The notes below the pieces were generated by a model. It saw nothing but the letters and a program-made list of their open reading frames with translations. It ran no database searches and was not told the origin of the DNA. Positions 25,471-37,600 of a stretch of 64,000 nt of DNA are shown here, piece by piece (the first letter of the stretch is position 1; each line of letters opens with the position of its first letter). The DNA is taken from the NCBI RefSeq assembly GCF_000002075.1, contig NW_004797932.1, positions 9,168 to 73,167 on the forward strand, in the 5' to 3' direction. Source of the stretch: Aplysia californica. Lineage: Eukaryota. The translations under genes were made by a program, and so were the position numbers.

Positions 25471-25675
25471 TCACGACAACAAGACCCACATGACGGTCCC
25501 CGTCAGGACGGCGATATGGGCGGTGGCGGTGAGTCGTGTGCCGGTGTTGTAGCGACACTTGAGAGGGACGTCGTTCAGCTTGGGACACTTGCCCTGGTCT
25601 CTTAGCGTGCTCTCCGAGGTGTCCTTGTGCGCGCACGTCCCGTTGATGATTCTGTAGGCCCCGCTGTTCACCACG
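25471..25675 (-). CDS. VWA/Cache gene terminal coding exon 22
   Basis: VVNSGAYR...CRYNTGTRLTATAHIAVLTGTVMWVLLS*; hydrophobic end with no cytoplasmic tail. Confidence 0.87.
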
Positions 25676-28600
25676 CTGAAAGCACACACACACAGACAAA
25701 TAGCCGTCACTTCACACACTGACTGACACACAGCCGTCACTTCACACACACACAGACAAACAGCCGTCACCTCACACACGGACTGACACACAGCCGTCAC
25801 TTCACACACACACAGGCAAACAGCCGTCACTTCACACACTGACTGACACACAGCCATCACTTCACACAGACACAGACAAACAGCCATCACTTTACACACT
25901 GACTGACACACAGGAAAGTATATTATAAGACACTGTACACTGTACCTCATTTGTAGTGAAACTAAATTTTAGTTTTAGTAGAGGTTTTACGGCACTCGCA
26001 ACTGCATAACGACATATGAACGCCAGAAGATTAGAGGTGTTACAAGAGAGTAACAAACATAAAAAAAGAAGAAGGGGAGATAAGGACGATAGATGTTTCA
26101 TAGGAAAGAAGAAGCAAACCACACCAGAGCACCCGCCAACCCCCCATGCACTGTAGACTGTTCCTCATTTGTAGTGAATGGTTTATTTATTGTCATTCTT
26201 CTCTGAGACAGAAAACATGGCTCCGCTCACTGACAAATTTGTGTGTATTCTGATTTCACAAATGAAATTTTCAACCCCCTGTAACATTAAACTGGTTTAC
26301 TTATTGTTATTTTTCTCTCAGACAGGAAACATGGCCAACCCCACTGACACTAGGGCTGGATCCTGCTCGTCAAATTTGAGAGTGGCGATTCGCGATTCAG
26401 TCGGCTTCAATGAATCGCGAGTACGCGAGTGCTTGTGGAGCTGTGGCGGAACACTGAAACGGAACAGTGTCCTATCAACGCCTCTTGGCGAGCGCGAGTC
26501 CCACACTTGTTGTTCCGCCATCCTCTCCGCCCCACACCCTTTGTTGCGCTGCTCTATCAATTGACCTCAATTAGTGACCCCCATAAATTCCCCCCCCCCC
26601 CCCCAACCCCACCATTCGCTAAAACAATGGCTCCATAAAATTCCTTCTGTCTATTGGTTGGACCCCGTTCATTTTGTTTTAATAGGGGGGTTGGACTATA
26701 CCATCTTTTGTAAAATAAGGGGAGCCATACTAAGTGTTCCGTTCCGTTCTTGCGCTCGTGACTCGACTCAGCCGTAGGTTAAACAAGCCACAAGGTGGTG
26801 ACAGCGACAGGGGAGTGAATCGGGAATCGTTTGGCGATACTGTTCCGCATTCCGCTGAAGTGAATCGTGAATCGCGTTCCGCAGGAAAGAGTGGCGATTC
26901 AGTTCCGTTCTCGCGCCCGTGACCCAGCCCTAACTGACGCTACAAAGAGAAGCTGAAGGGGGCCGACAGAAGAGCTGAGAAGGACAGCCCAGTATATGAT
27001 AGATACCGGACTTCAAGTGCGATGCGATAGAGAAGAAGTAGTAGAAGACTTCAGACATGGGCATGGTTTCAAATCCATCACTAAGCTGGTGCTATCTACT
27101 TTACGGGCAGACAAGTAACACGTCCCAAACTTTGAGGGCTGAAAGTTAATGGTCTTACTCTGACAACACAAAGAGCATATTTTTAAAAATTACACTTCAC
27201 ACATTCAAAACCAGGGAAAAAATCATTTAAAAGTTATATTTCTTTCAGAGTAACTTAATTTCTCTTTTCATTTGCTTTACATTGGACTTCACAACTTCTA
27301 TAAAATTCCCCAAACTTTAGCCTTTCTAAACAAGGAAGAAACATGGACTTTTACAATGTAAATTGTGGAACAGTGTTTTATAAACAAGAGAAGAAATATA
27401 TACCTGCGAGTAATTCTACAATGGAAATTGTAAAATGACTACAAAATATGAAGAAATATGTACCTGCCCATAATTTTACAGTAGAAATTGTAGGACAACT
27501 CTTTATAAACAAAGAAAAAATATGAACCTGCGAGTAACTTTACAATCAAAATTGTACAATGCTTTATAAACAAAAAAGAAATTTGTACCTGTGCGTAATA
27601 TTACAATAGGAAGTCGTAGAACCACGCTTTATATACAAAAAAGAAATACGTACCTGCCAGTAATTTTACAGTGGCAATTGTAAAACGACACTTTATGAAC
27701 AAACAAAAAATATGTACATGTGTGTAATTTTACAAAAGGAAATCGTAGAACCACGCTTTATAAACAAAAAAGAAATACGTACCTCTGAGTAATTTTACAG
27801 TGGAAGTTGTAGAAAAGCGACTGTTTGTAAGCCAGCCAGTCCTCGATGACAAGCAGGTAGAGATTGGTCTGGGGCAGGGCCGTGACATAGTAGAAGCCCG
27901 ACATACACGGACCGGACACGTTGCCCGTGATCATCCCACTGCGACCTGGGAGCAAGACAGAGACGGGGGTTAGTCTTTAGTTTTGGTAATTGTTTTATGG
28001 CACTAGCAACACAATAAGGCCCATATATATGTGCCGAAGATTAGAGGTGTTACACGAGAGTAACAAACACAAAAAAGGAGGAGGAGAGATAGGAAAGAAA
28101 GAGCAGCAAACCACACCATAGCACCCGCCAACCACCCACTGGGGTCAGTCTTAGTGAATGGTGAGTCGCTGTGATCACTGAGACTTAATGTGTTTTAGTA
28201 AAAGAGTTTTAAGGCACTTGCAACAAAATAGTGTACATATATATACAAGCCGAAGATTAGAGGTGTCTCTGCACACAGAGATGACGTCAGCCTTAGTGAA
28301 TGGTGAGTCGCTGTGATTACAGAGACTTTAAGGGGGTTTTTTCAGTAAGAGTTTTACAGCACTTGCAACAAGATAAGGCCATACGTACGTGCCGAAGATT
28401 AGAGGTGTTACAAGAGGGCAACAAAAACAAAAAAGGAGGGGAGAAAAGGACAACAGATGTTTGATCGGAAAAAGGAGCAAACCACACCAGAGCATCTGCA
28501 AACCCCCAGCACAGAGACTTTTCACCAAAAATGGAATAGAACAACAACACTGAAGAGAAACAGGAGGAGCAGACCACCCGCCCAAATATAAATAATCAGA

Positions 28601-31600
28601 TTTTAATCCTTAATTTTACCAAAATACAATATCAACCACCTACAGAGAAAGAAACAGACCACGATCTTCCGCCTACGAACAGAACATCTACAGCTCAACT
28701 TTCACTTGAACAGAATAAAACCAGAACTTCCCCCAATGTGTCCTTTGTGTGACTATGCATGAGACAGTGGAACATCACCTGTTCCACTGTACAGCCCTAA
28801 ATGACATCAGAGCTACCCTTCTCCCTCCGAGACCTAACATTGACAACACACTCTACGGAACATTACAGCAACTGCAGCAAACCTGCACTTATCACTACAT
28901 GGCATTGGACAGAAGGGCAAGAGCCCAGATGTTGCTGGATCGATAACAACAACAACAACAACCAAAATACAAGACCAGATTCCTCCCCTTTTTCAGAAAT
29001 TCGTCCCTCTGGGACAAGAAGATATGTGAGGCATTGTGGAGAAGTCAGGTGCTCCTCAAAATTATGAAATCAAAGAAACGGGTATTTTTCTGCTCATTGG
29101 ACCATTTTTATCAATTTTCCTTTTTCCCGTCTCAATACCCTTCATGTCCATTTACAACCCTGTTTCAGAGTGGACTTTACTGAAAAACGTTGATGAAAGA
29201 CACACAAAAATATAAATTTGCACACTTAAAGTTAAAGTTTTCATCACCTGAGCTATATATAGATCTATATTTTAGTTCTGGATATTTGCACAATTTTACA
29301 GCTGAAAATATCCACAAACTGTGTCCTGTGGGTGGTTGGCGGAAGCTCTAGTGTAGTTTGCTTCTTCTTTCCTTTCAAACGTAGATCTATCATCCTTATC
29401 TCCCCTCCTTCTTTTTTATGTTTGTTACTCTCTTGTAACACCTCTTATCTTCTGGCGCTCATATGACCTTATGCAGTTGCGAGCGCCGTAAAACCTCTAC
29501 TAAAACATCCACAAACTGTGTCCTGCTACATACCCAAAGCCTCATCGTTGGCCCTGAAGCTGACCACGTCTTGAATGCAGCCAAAGTCACTGTGGAACTT
29601 GGGGATCGGCCCACGGTTTTTGTAGTAATCGTCCGTGTCTTCTGGTTTCTGGGGCTGGCCCTCCAGGGTTAACTGGAGAAATAAAAAGGACCAAAAAAAT
29701 TATTTTTTGTTTTTGTTATAGTAGAGGGTTTTGCGGCGCTCGCAACTGCATAAGGTCGTATGAGCGCCAAGGAGTGGGTGTCAACAGAGAAGTCTTTACA
29801 GGGAATCAGACTTAGACTGCTCACCTCTCTAGCTTCAACAGCACAAGGTCTCCTTCGACTATCAAGGCACCCCGGAAATAGCGGGTCACAAGAGAGTGAC
29901 AAACATACAAAAGAAGTGGAGGAAAATGACAATAGTAAGGATCAGGAAAGAAAAAGCAGCAGTTCCCTGTTGTAGATCAGGCACAGTTATGAGCATGACA
30001 TGAGTCAGCCCATTTAAAATTCTACTATGCTTGAACGAGAAATGTCCCCCCTTTGGGAATGGCCTAAAGACACAGTCAGTGGCACTACCCCAGGGGGGTG
30101 ACAAAAAAATAAAAAATAAATAAATTTAAAAAATAAAATAAAATAAACTGCCAAATGAGGTGACAAAGCATATGATATGATAGTACGAAACAAAACTGCA
30201 CCCATTTTTATACCTCTGGTTTGTTTAGTTTTAATTTTAGGAAGAATTTTACGGCACTTGCAACACAATAAGGTCATATAAGTGCCAAAGATTAGAGGCG
30301 TTACAAGAGAGTAATAAACATAAAAAAGAAGGAGGAGAGATAAGGACGATAGATGTTTGATAGGAAAGAAGAAGCAAACCCCACCAGAGCACCCACCAAC
30401 CACCCACAAAAAAAGAACCTGCCGAGTGAGATGACAAAGCATATGATAGTACAAATCAAAACTGCATCCATTTTAATACGTCTGGTTCGTTTAGTAAGAA
30501 TTAAAGTTTTAGTTTTAGTAAGAGTTTTACGGCACTCGCAACTGCATAAGGTCATATGAGCGCCAGAAGATTAGAGGTGTTACAAGAGAGTAACAAACAC
30601 AAAAAAGAAGGAGGGGAGATTAGGACGATAGATGTTTGATAGGAAAGAAGGAGCAAACCACTCCAGAGCACCCGTGGTTACCACCCACTAAGCGTAAAAG
30701 TATTCAGGCACTTGCAACAACATATGACAATACAAACAATAACTCAATCCATTTTTATACGTCTGGTTTGTTCAGTTTAAGTAAATGTTTTACGGCACTT
30801 GCGACACAAATAGCTCATATAAGCACCAAAGGCCAGAGTTGTTACGACTAGAGAGTAGAATACAAAGAAAACAATGGTGGAGAGAGAACGACAACAGACA
30901 TTTGATGGGAAAGAAAGCGCACACCACAACAGAGCCCCTTTCCAAATACCCACATCTTTAGTTTTGGTAAGTGTTTAACGGCACTTGCAGCACAGTAAGG
31001 TCATACAAGTGCCAAAGATTAGAGGTGTTACAAGAGAGTAACAAACATAAAAAAAGAAGGAGGAGAGATAGGACGATAGATGTTTGATAGGAAAGAAGAA
31101 GCAAACCACACCAGAGCACCCGCCAACCACCCACATACCCACATCTGGGTTGGGGAAAAAAAAAACAGAAAGAAGATACGAAATAACAGCACCATGTTGT
31201 AGAAGGTGGAAATCTTTACATGTCATTTAAAGAAGTCAGGACTTGATAGGACCTAGCACAAGCCACCAAAAAGAAATGCGTAACATCAATGCAAGTTTAG
31301 AATCAATGTATCTAACCTTGGGTTCTTTCGGAGAAATTCTACAAGATCCCTGAAAGTCGATGGACTCTTTCCTGGTGAAGAACTTGTGATGATAGACCAA
31401 ATGCTTCATGATTTCTCCCTCTTTCCGGCCTAGGGTGACACTCTGGTAGCGAGACTCGTCGAGAGCGTTGGCCACCAGGAAGTCCGGGTCCATCACCAGA
31501 AACGCTGCTGTGTCAAATAAGTAGCACCTGTCAGAGAGAGAGAGAGAGAGAGGGGAGTTTGAGTTTGAGTAAGAGTTTTACGGCACTTGCAACACAATAA

Positions 31601-34600
31601 GGTCGTATAAGTGCCGAAGTTTTAGTTTTAGTAGCAGTTTTACGGCGCTCGCAACTGCATAAGGTCATATGAGCGCCAGAAGATTAGAGGTGTTACAAGA
31701 GAGTAACTAACACAAAAAGAAGGAGGGGAGATAAAGACGATAGATGTTAGATAGGACAGAAGAGGCAAACCATACCAGAACACCCGCCACCCACCCACAG
31801 ATAGGAGTTTGAATTTGAGGACACAGACGCACATGGACTCAATCGGGGTTATTAAGAGTAAGAAAAAAAAGCAAGACAGACAGACAGATAGAGACAGGAG
31901 GGAGGGGGGGGGTGTTGGCTCTAGAAAATACAAGTCTGACAACGCTGTCAAGGCTATTAGGTTGAGAAATGTTTTTCCGGTTATAGTTTTAGTAAGAGTT
32001 TTACTGCACTTGCAACACAATTAGGTCTTATAAGTGCCAAAGATTTGAGGTGTTCAAGAGAGTAACGTGCACAAAAAAGGAGAGATAAGGACAATGCATG
32101 TTTGATAGGAAAGAAGGGAGCAAATCACAGCAAAGCACCTGCTAACCACCCAAAAAGTGTTTCACTTTCTTGAAGGGCCCAAAAGAAGTAAAAACAAAGA
32201 CAACAGTTAGAGTGAAACAGATGAAAAAGCAGCAGACACCAGATGTTATTATAGTCCAAGTTAAAGCGTGGGGTGAGAACACAATAAACCAACAGGAGAA
32301 ATATCTCAGCACTGTGGTATCAAAGAACAACCTTCCACACCTAGTCAAACATATTTCATGGCACTCTCTGAGTGGGCTGAGAACACATTATACAACAAGA
32401 CAAGTTTCAAACTAGTCATCATCATCATTGCCTTTCTCACCCTGCACCAGGGTACAGGCCACGGAAAAACACCTTCCACCTTTCTCTATCCTGGGCTAGC
32501 CTCTTGATGTTATTCCATGTCTTCCCACTTTTCTGTACATCGATTTCTGTGATTTAAACTAGTGCAATCATAAAAAGTGCCAGTGTGGAGAGGCGGACCA
32601 AACTGTGGAACACATCCTTCAGCACTGCAGGACACACTCCAGACAGTCATGCAGAAGTATTCATACTATCAGAAATAACCAACTGAGCTTCGACCCTCTT
32701 TTCAGTCAGAAATATCATTTTCTCTCATAGTTCCTCATTCAAATAGTGCTTGTATTGTTGGTAATAACAAGCTGAACTTTGGTGAAAAGGTCAAACTTCA
32801 ACAGAAAAAAACTCTTCTTTAACACTTTGCCATCACAAGGCTTACATAGTAAAAATCCTTGCCATCAGAGGCGAAGGCATTTTGGGGAAAATCCAAACAA
32901 ACTGGGAGGTAAACATCGCCGATCGGCGAGATGTTTTTTTAAGTTTTAGTAGAGGGTTTTACATAAGGTCATATGAACGCCAGAAGATTAGAGACGTTAC
33001 TAGAGAGTAACAAACATAAAAAAGAAGAAGGGGAGATAAGGACGATAGATGTTTGATAGGAAAGAAGAAGCAAGATGTGACGGCAAAGTGTTAAAGAGAA
33101 AACAAAACTGGAAAAAACCATCCCTTCCCCGCAGACCTTGTCTCACAGCCGGGCTCCCCGTTGGGACAAGTGTACACCTGACCACACGACTTTTTGTAGT
33201 CCGACGCCTGCATGCTCTCCAGGGACTTCTTCTGGAAATCGTCGTAGAGAATGTCCAGGCCCGTCACCGCCTCCACTCGCTCTGTGGCGCAGCGCCGGTG
33301 GTCAGAGTTCGGGCCCGGCCCTTTGCTCAGGTAGCACTTCTCTGGGGAAAAGTAAAAAGTATCAACGGCAACAGCCATTATCTTACTATACTTAGTTTAG
33401 TTTTAGTAGGGGTTTTACAGCGCTCGCAACTGCATATGGTCATATGAGCACCACAAGATTAGACGTGTTACAAAAGAGTAACAAACAAAAAAAAGAAGAA
33501 GGGGAGATAAGGACGATATATTGTTATATGTTTGATAGGAAAGAAGAAGCAAAAGCAGTAGCAGAAGCAAACCACACCAGAACATCCGCCAACCACCCAA
33601 TATCTTATCATACCTAGAGAAGAAACAGAATACTGTGCACATAACTGATAAGTGTGTTTAACACACTGCAATGCTGTATGTCTTGATTTAGTAAGAGTTT
33701 TACGATACTTGCAACACAATAAGGTTATATAAAAGCTGAAGATTAGAGGTGTTACAAGAGAGTAACAAACACAAAAAAGAAGGGAGGGGAGATAGAGACG
33801 ATAGATTTTTTTATAGGAAAGAAGGAGCAAACCACACCAGAGCACCCGCCAACCACCCACAGTAGAAGTAAAAATATCAACGGGAACTGCCATTATCTTA
33901 CTACACCCACAGCAGAAACAGAATACTGTGCAATATTGTTGTTGTTATCGATCCAGTAATACTGTGCACATAACAGATAAGTGTGTCTAACACACTGCAA
34001 TGCTGTACATCTTAATTTAGTAAGAGTTTTATGATACTTGCAACACAATAAGGTCATGTAAGTGCAAAAGGTTAGAGCTGTTACAAGTAGAGAGTAACAC
34101 ACACAAAAAAGCAGGAGGAGAGATAAAGACGACAGATATTTGATAGAAAAGAAGGAACAAACCATACCAGCACACCCGTCAACCCCCCCGCACGGTACTT
34201 CCAACATATTTTGACTCACCCTGTAAAGCAAGGTTACAACATTTAACTTTCTACAGCAACATCAAATTTATTAAAAACCCAAAAATAAGTTCCAACCACA
34301 AACATGAATTATTAATGACAAGTTCACATTCCATGTCAATGAAACCGTGAAGCATGACATCCCTAATCTCCCATTCACTCAAGCAGCCCCGTCAGTATAC
34401 AGCGCACTCGGAAAAAGTCCACCAGACACCATAATCCAGGTCACGTCAGATTTTATCTCTATAGCTTCAACTCTTTAAGACCCGATCCCGATCCCACTCA
34501 TCTGACTGACAGCACACACAGCTGTGTGCACCACGGCAGCAGACGTCTGTTTTGTTTAAGTAATGGTTTTACAGCACTTGCATCACAATAAGGTCATATA

Positions 34601-37600
34601 AGTGCCGAAGATTAGAGGTGTTACAAGAGAGTAGCAAAAAAAAAATAGAAGGAGGAGAGATAAGAACAATTGATGTTTGATAGGAAAGAAGGAGCAAACC
34701 ACACCAGAGCACCCGCCAACCACCCACAGAGACGTTTGTAACATCAGAGCTTAATGGTGTATCAATTTGGGGGGGGGGGGGGGGTTTCCCTACTGAAAGT
34801 GAAACAGATCGGAGCTGTTACTACTAACAAAGATAAGCCATTTCTATACTCAACAGTCTCGCTGTAACTACATGTAACGTCAAAGTGAGTAAATATTTTC
34901 GGCATTTCTTGGTCTTATCATTCTATCTTTTTTCTTTCCAGATATGAAACAGAAGTTGACAAATCATGGTTCACCATGTACCTCTCTGCACTTTTCTACC
35001 CCACCATATGTCTGTCTCACTACGGAGAGTCACTGACATGTCTTTTAGAAAAATACTGTTTGACGTCAAAAGACTGTTGAGCCCGTTCACTTTTACGAAA
35101 AGATCATAGATAAAACCATGAAATTTGTATCCAGTTTCACCACTGGCATCAAGAGAAATGATTTCAAGCTTTCTGAAAGCCACGTCAGGTCATGTTATAC
35201 CGTTCTCAGAACCCACAGCCTCGAAGAGACAGAGAACTAATGGGCTAAAAACAGTATCCAGAAAGACAAAAAAAACCCAAAAAATTAATAAATAATCTTC
35301 ATCACCATGATTACAAACAGCATGTCATTTTTACTACTACTCACTGATATAGCAGTCGTCATCGACATCGCACTTGCAGCCTCCCATGAAGTTCCCTCTG
35401 GTGAAGTTCATACACTCTTCATCAGTCTTGGGGGTCATCCCTTCGAAGACGGCTTGAGAAATCGTGTTGATCTTGCCCACCCCCGCCGAGTCCATGTAGG
35501 GCGTGGACACAGAGGTCTTGTGAGGGGCCGAGCTCGTACGTTTGTACCACGGACGCCTGAAGTACGCGGGAATCAAACAAGGCGGCTAATTAATACTTTG
35601 TATATATATGCTGTCAGTATATCAAACATGGTAACTAATTAATACTTTGTATATATATGCTGTCAGTATATCAAACATGGTAACTAATTAATACTTTGTA
35701 TATATATGCTGTCAGTATATCAAACATGGTAACTAATTAACATTTTGTGTATATATGCTGTCAGTATATCAAACATGGTAACTAATTAACATTTTGTGTA
35801 TATATGCTGTCAGTATATAAAACATGGTAACTAATTAACACTTTGTATACTCTGTTAGTAAATCAAACAAGGTAAGTAATTAACACTTTGTTTATACTAT
35901 TAGTAAATCAAACATGGTAACTAATTAACACTTTGTAAACGTTATTAGTAAACCAAACAAGGTAACTAATTAACACTTTGTATATGCTATTAGTAAATCA
36001 AACATGGTAACTAATTAACACTTTGTAAACGTTATTAGTAAACCAAACAAGGTAACTAATTAACACTTTGAATACGCTATTAGTAAATCAAACATGGTAA
36101 CTAATTAATTAACACTTTGAATACGCTATTAGTAAATCAAACAAGGTAACTAATTAACACTTTGTGTACACTGTTAGTATATCAAACAATGTAAATCATT
36201 AACACTTTGTATACTCTGTTAGTATATCAAACAATTTAACTCATTAACACTTTGTATACGCTATCAGTATATCAAACAATGTAACTCATTAACACTTTGT
36301 ATACGCTATCAGTATATCAAACAATGTAACTCATTAACACTGTATACGCTATCAGTATATCAAACAATGTAACTCATTAACACTGTATACGCTATCAGTA
36401 TATCAAACAATGTAACTCATTAACACTGTATACGTTATCAGTATATCAAACAATGTAACTCATTAACACTGTATACGCTATCAGTATGTCAGTATCATTT
36501 GTCCAGCACACTAGTTGATCTGATTACGATCATGAGAGTGAATCACTCGCACTATTGAAGCGAAACTTTTCAAGAGAAGCTGCGTGCACTTCTAAAGAAG
36601 TTAACAATTTTGAAAATGCCATTATGTCAATCTATACTGTCTAAAGAAGTTTACAATTTTGAAAATACCATTATTTCAATCTACGCTCACATTGAAAAGA
36701 AGTTTACAATTTTGAAAATGCTATTATTTCAAAATTATGGCTATCATATCTTTGATGAAAGTATCTTTTTCAAAAGACTTAAAATGTATCTTTATAAGAA
36801 AAAAGATGTACTTTGTTGGGTCGTAGCCTCTGGTAGATCTGTGGCCAGGGTAGGTGCGAAATACTCCGCTCCGAAGCCCCACATTTGTCCACTTGACTTG
36901 ATCAATGGACTCAAACTTTCTGTCTCTCCAGATTTTCTCGATGGGCTGCGTGATCAAAACATCAGCTCTGAAAGCACAAAAAGAGCAATGAAAAAAAGTG
37001 CATGTAACAATAGAGAACTGCAATCTACAATTTTAAAAAGTATAAGGTAAAGGGAAGATGTAGAAGCAAGCCCATCATCAAAAGAATAATCAGAAAATGT
37101 GCTTACAGCAAAATAAGGTTTCCCTACTGAAAGTGAAACAGATCGGAGCTGTTACTACTAACAAAGATAAGCCATTTCTATACTCAACAGTCTCGCTGTA
37201 ACTACATGTAACGTCAAAGTGAGTAAATATTTTCGGCATTTCTTGGTCTTATCATTCTATCTTTTTTCTTTCCAGATATGAAACAGAAGTTGACAAATCA
37301 TGGTTCACCATGTACCTCTCTGCACTTTTCTACCCCACCATATGTCTGTCTCACTACGGAGAGTCACTGACATGTCTTTTAGAAAAATACTGTTTGACGT
37401 CAAAAGACTGTTGAGCCCGTTCACTTTTACGAAAAGATCATAGATAAAACCATGAAATTTGTATCCAGTTTCACCACTGGCATCAAGAGAAATGATTTCA
37501 AGCTTTCTGAAAGCCACGTCAGGTCATGTTATACCGTTCTCAGAACCCACAGCCTCGAAGAGACAGAGAACTAATGGGCTAAAAACAGTATCCAGAAAGA

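Larger units (their letters stand above)
25970..34730 (-). mobile_element. Dense cluster of S1 retroposon copies (about 17-18 full or partial), with intervening host exons
   Basis: Copies near 25970, 27976, 28190, 28340, 29328(+), 29713, 30226, 30505, 30775, 30957, 31557, 31620, 31985, 32940, 33393, 33687, 34016, 34553. Confidence 0.85.

Noticed and set aside
30014-34231. Recurring ORFs such as WVVGGCSGVVCFFFPIKHLSS...VTPLIFG
   Set aside because: Chance translations of the S1 repeat in varying frames, with stops and indels.
34971-35183. 70-aa ORF MAFRKLEIISLD... (duplicated at 37305)
   Set aside because: Intronic, non-ATG start, no recognisable motif; repeated only because of the 2.3-kb duplication.
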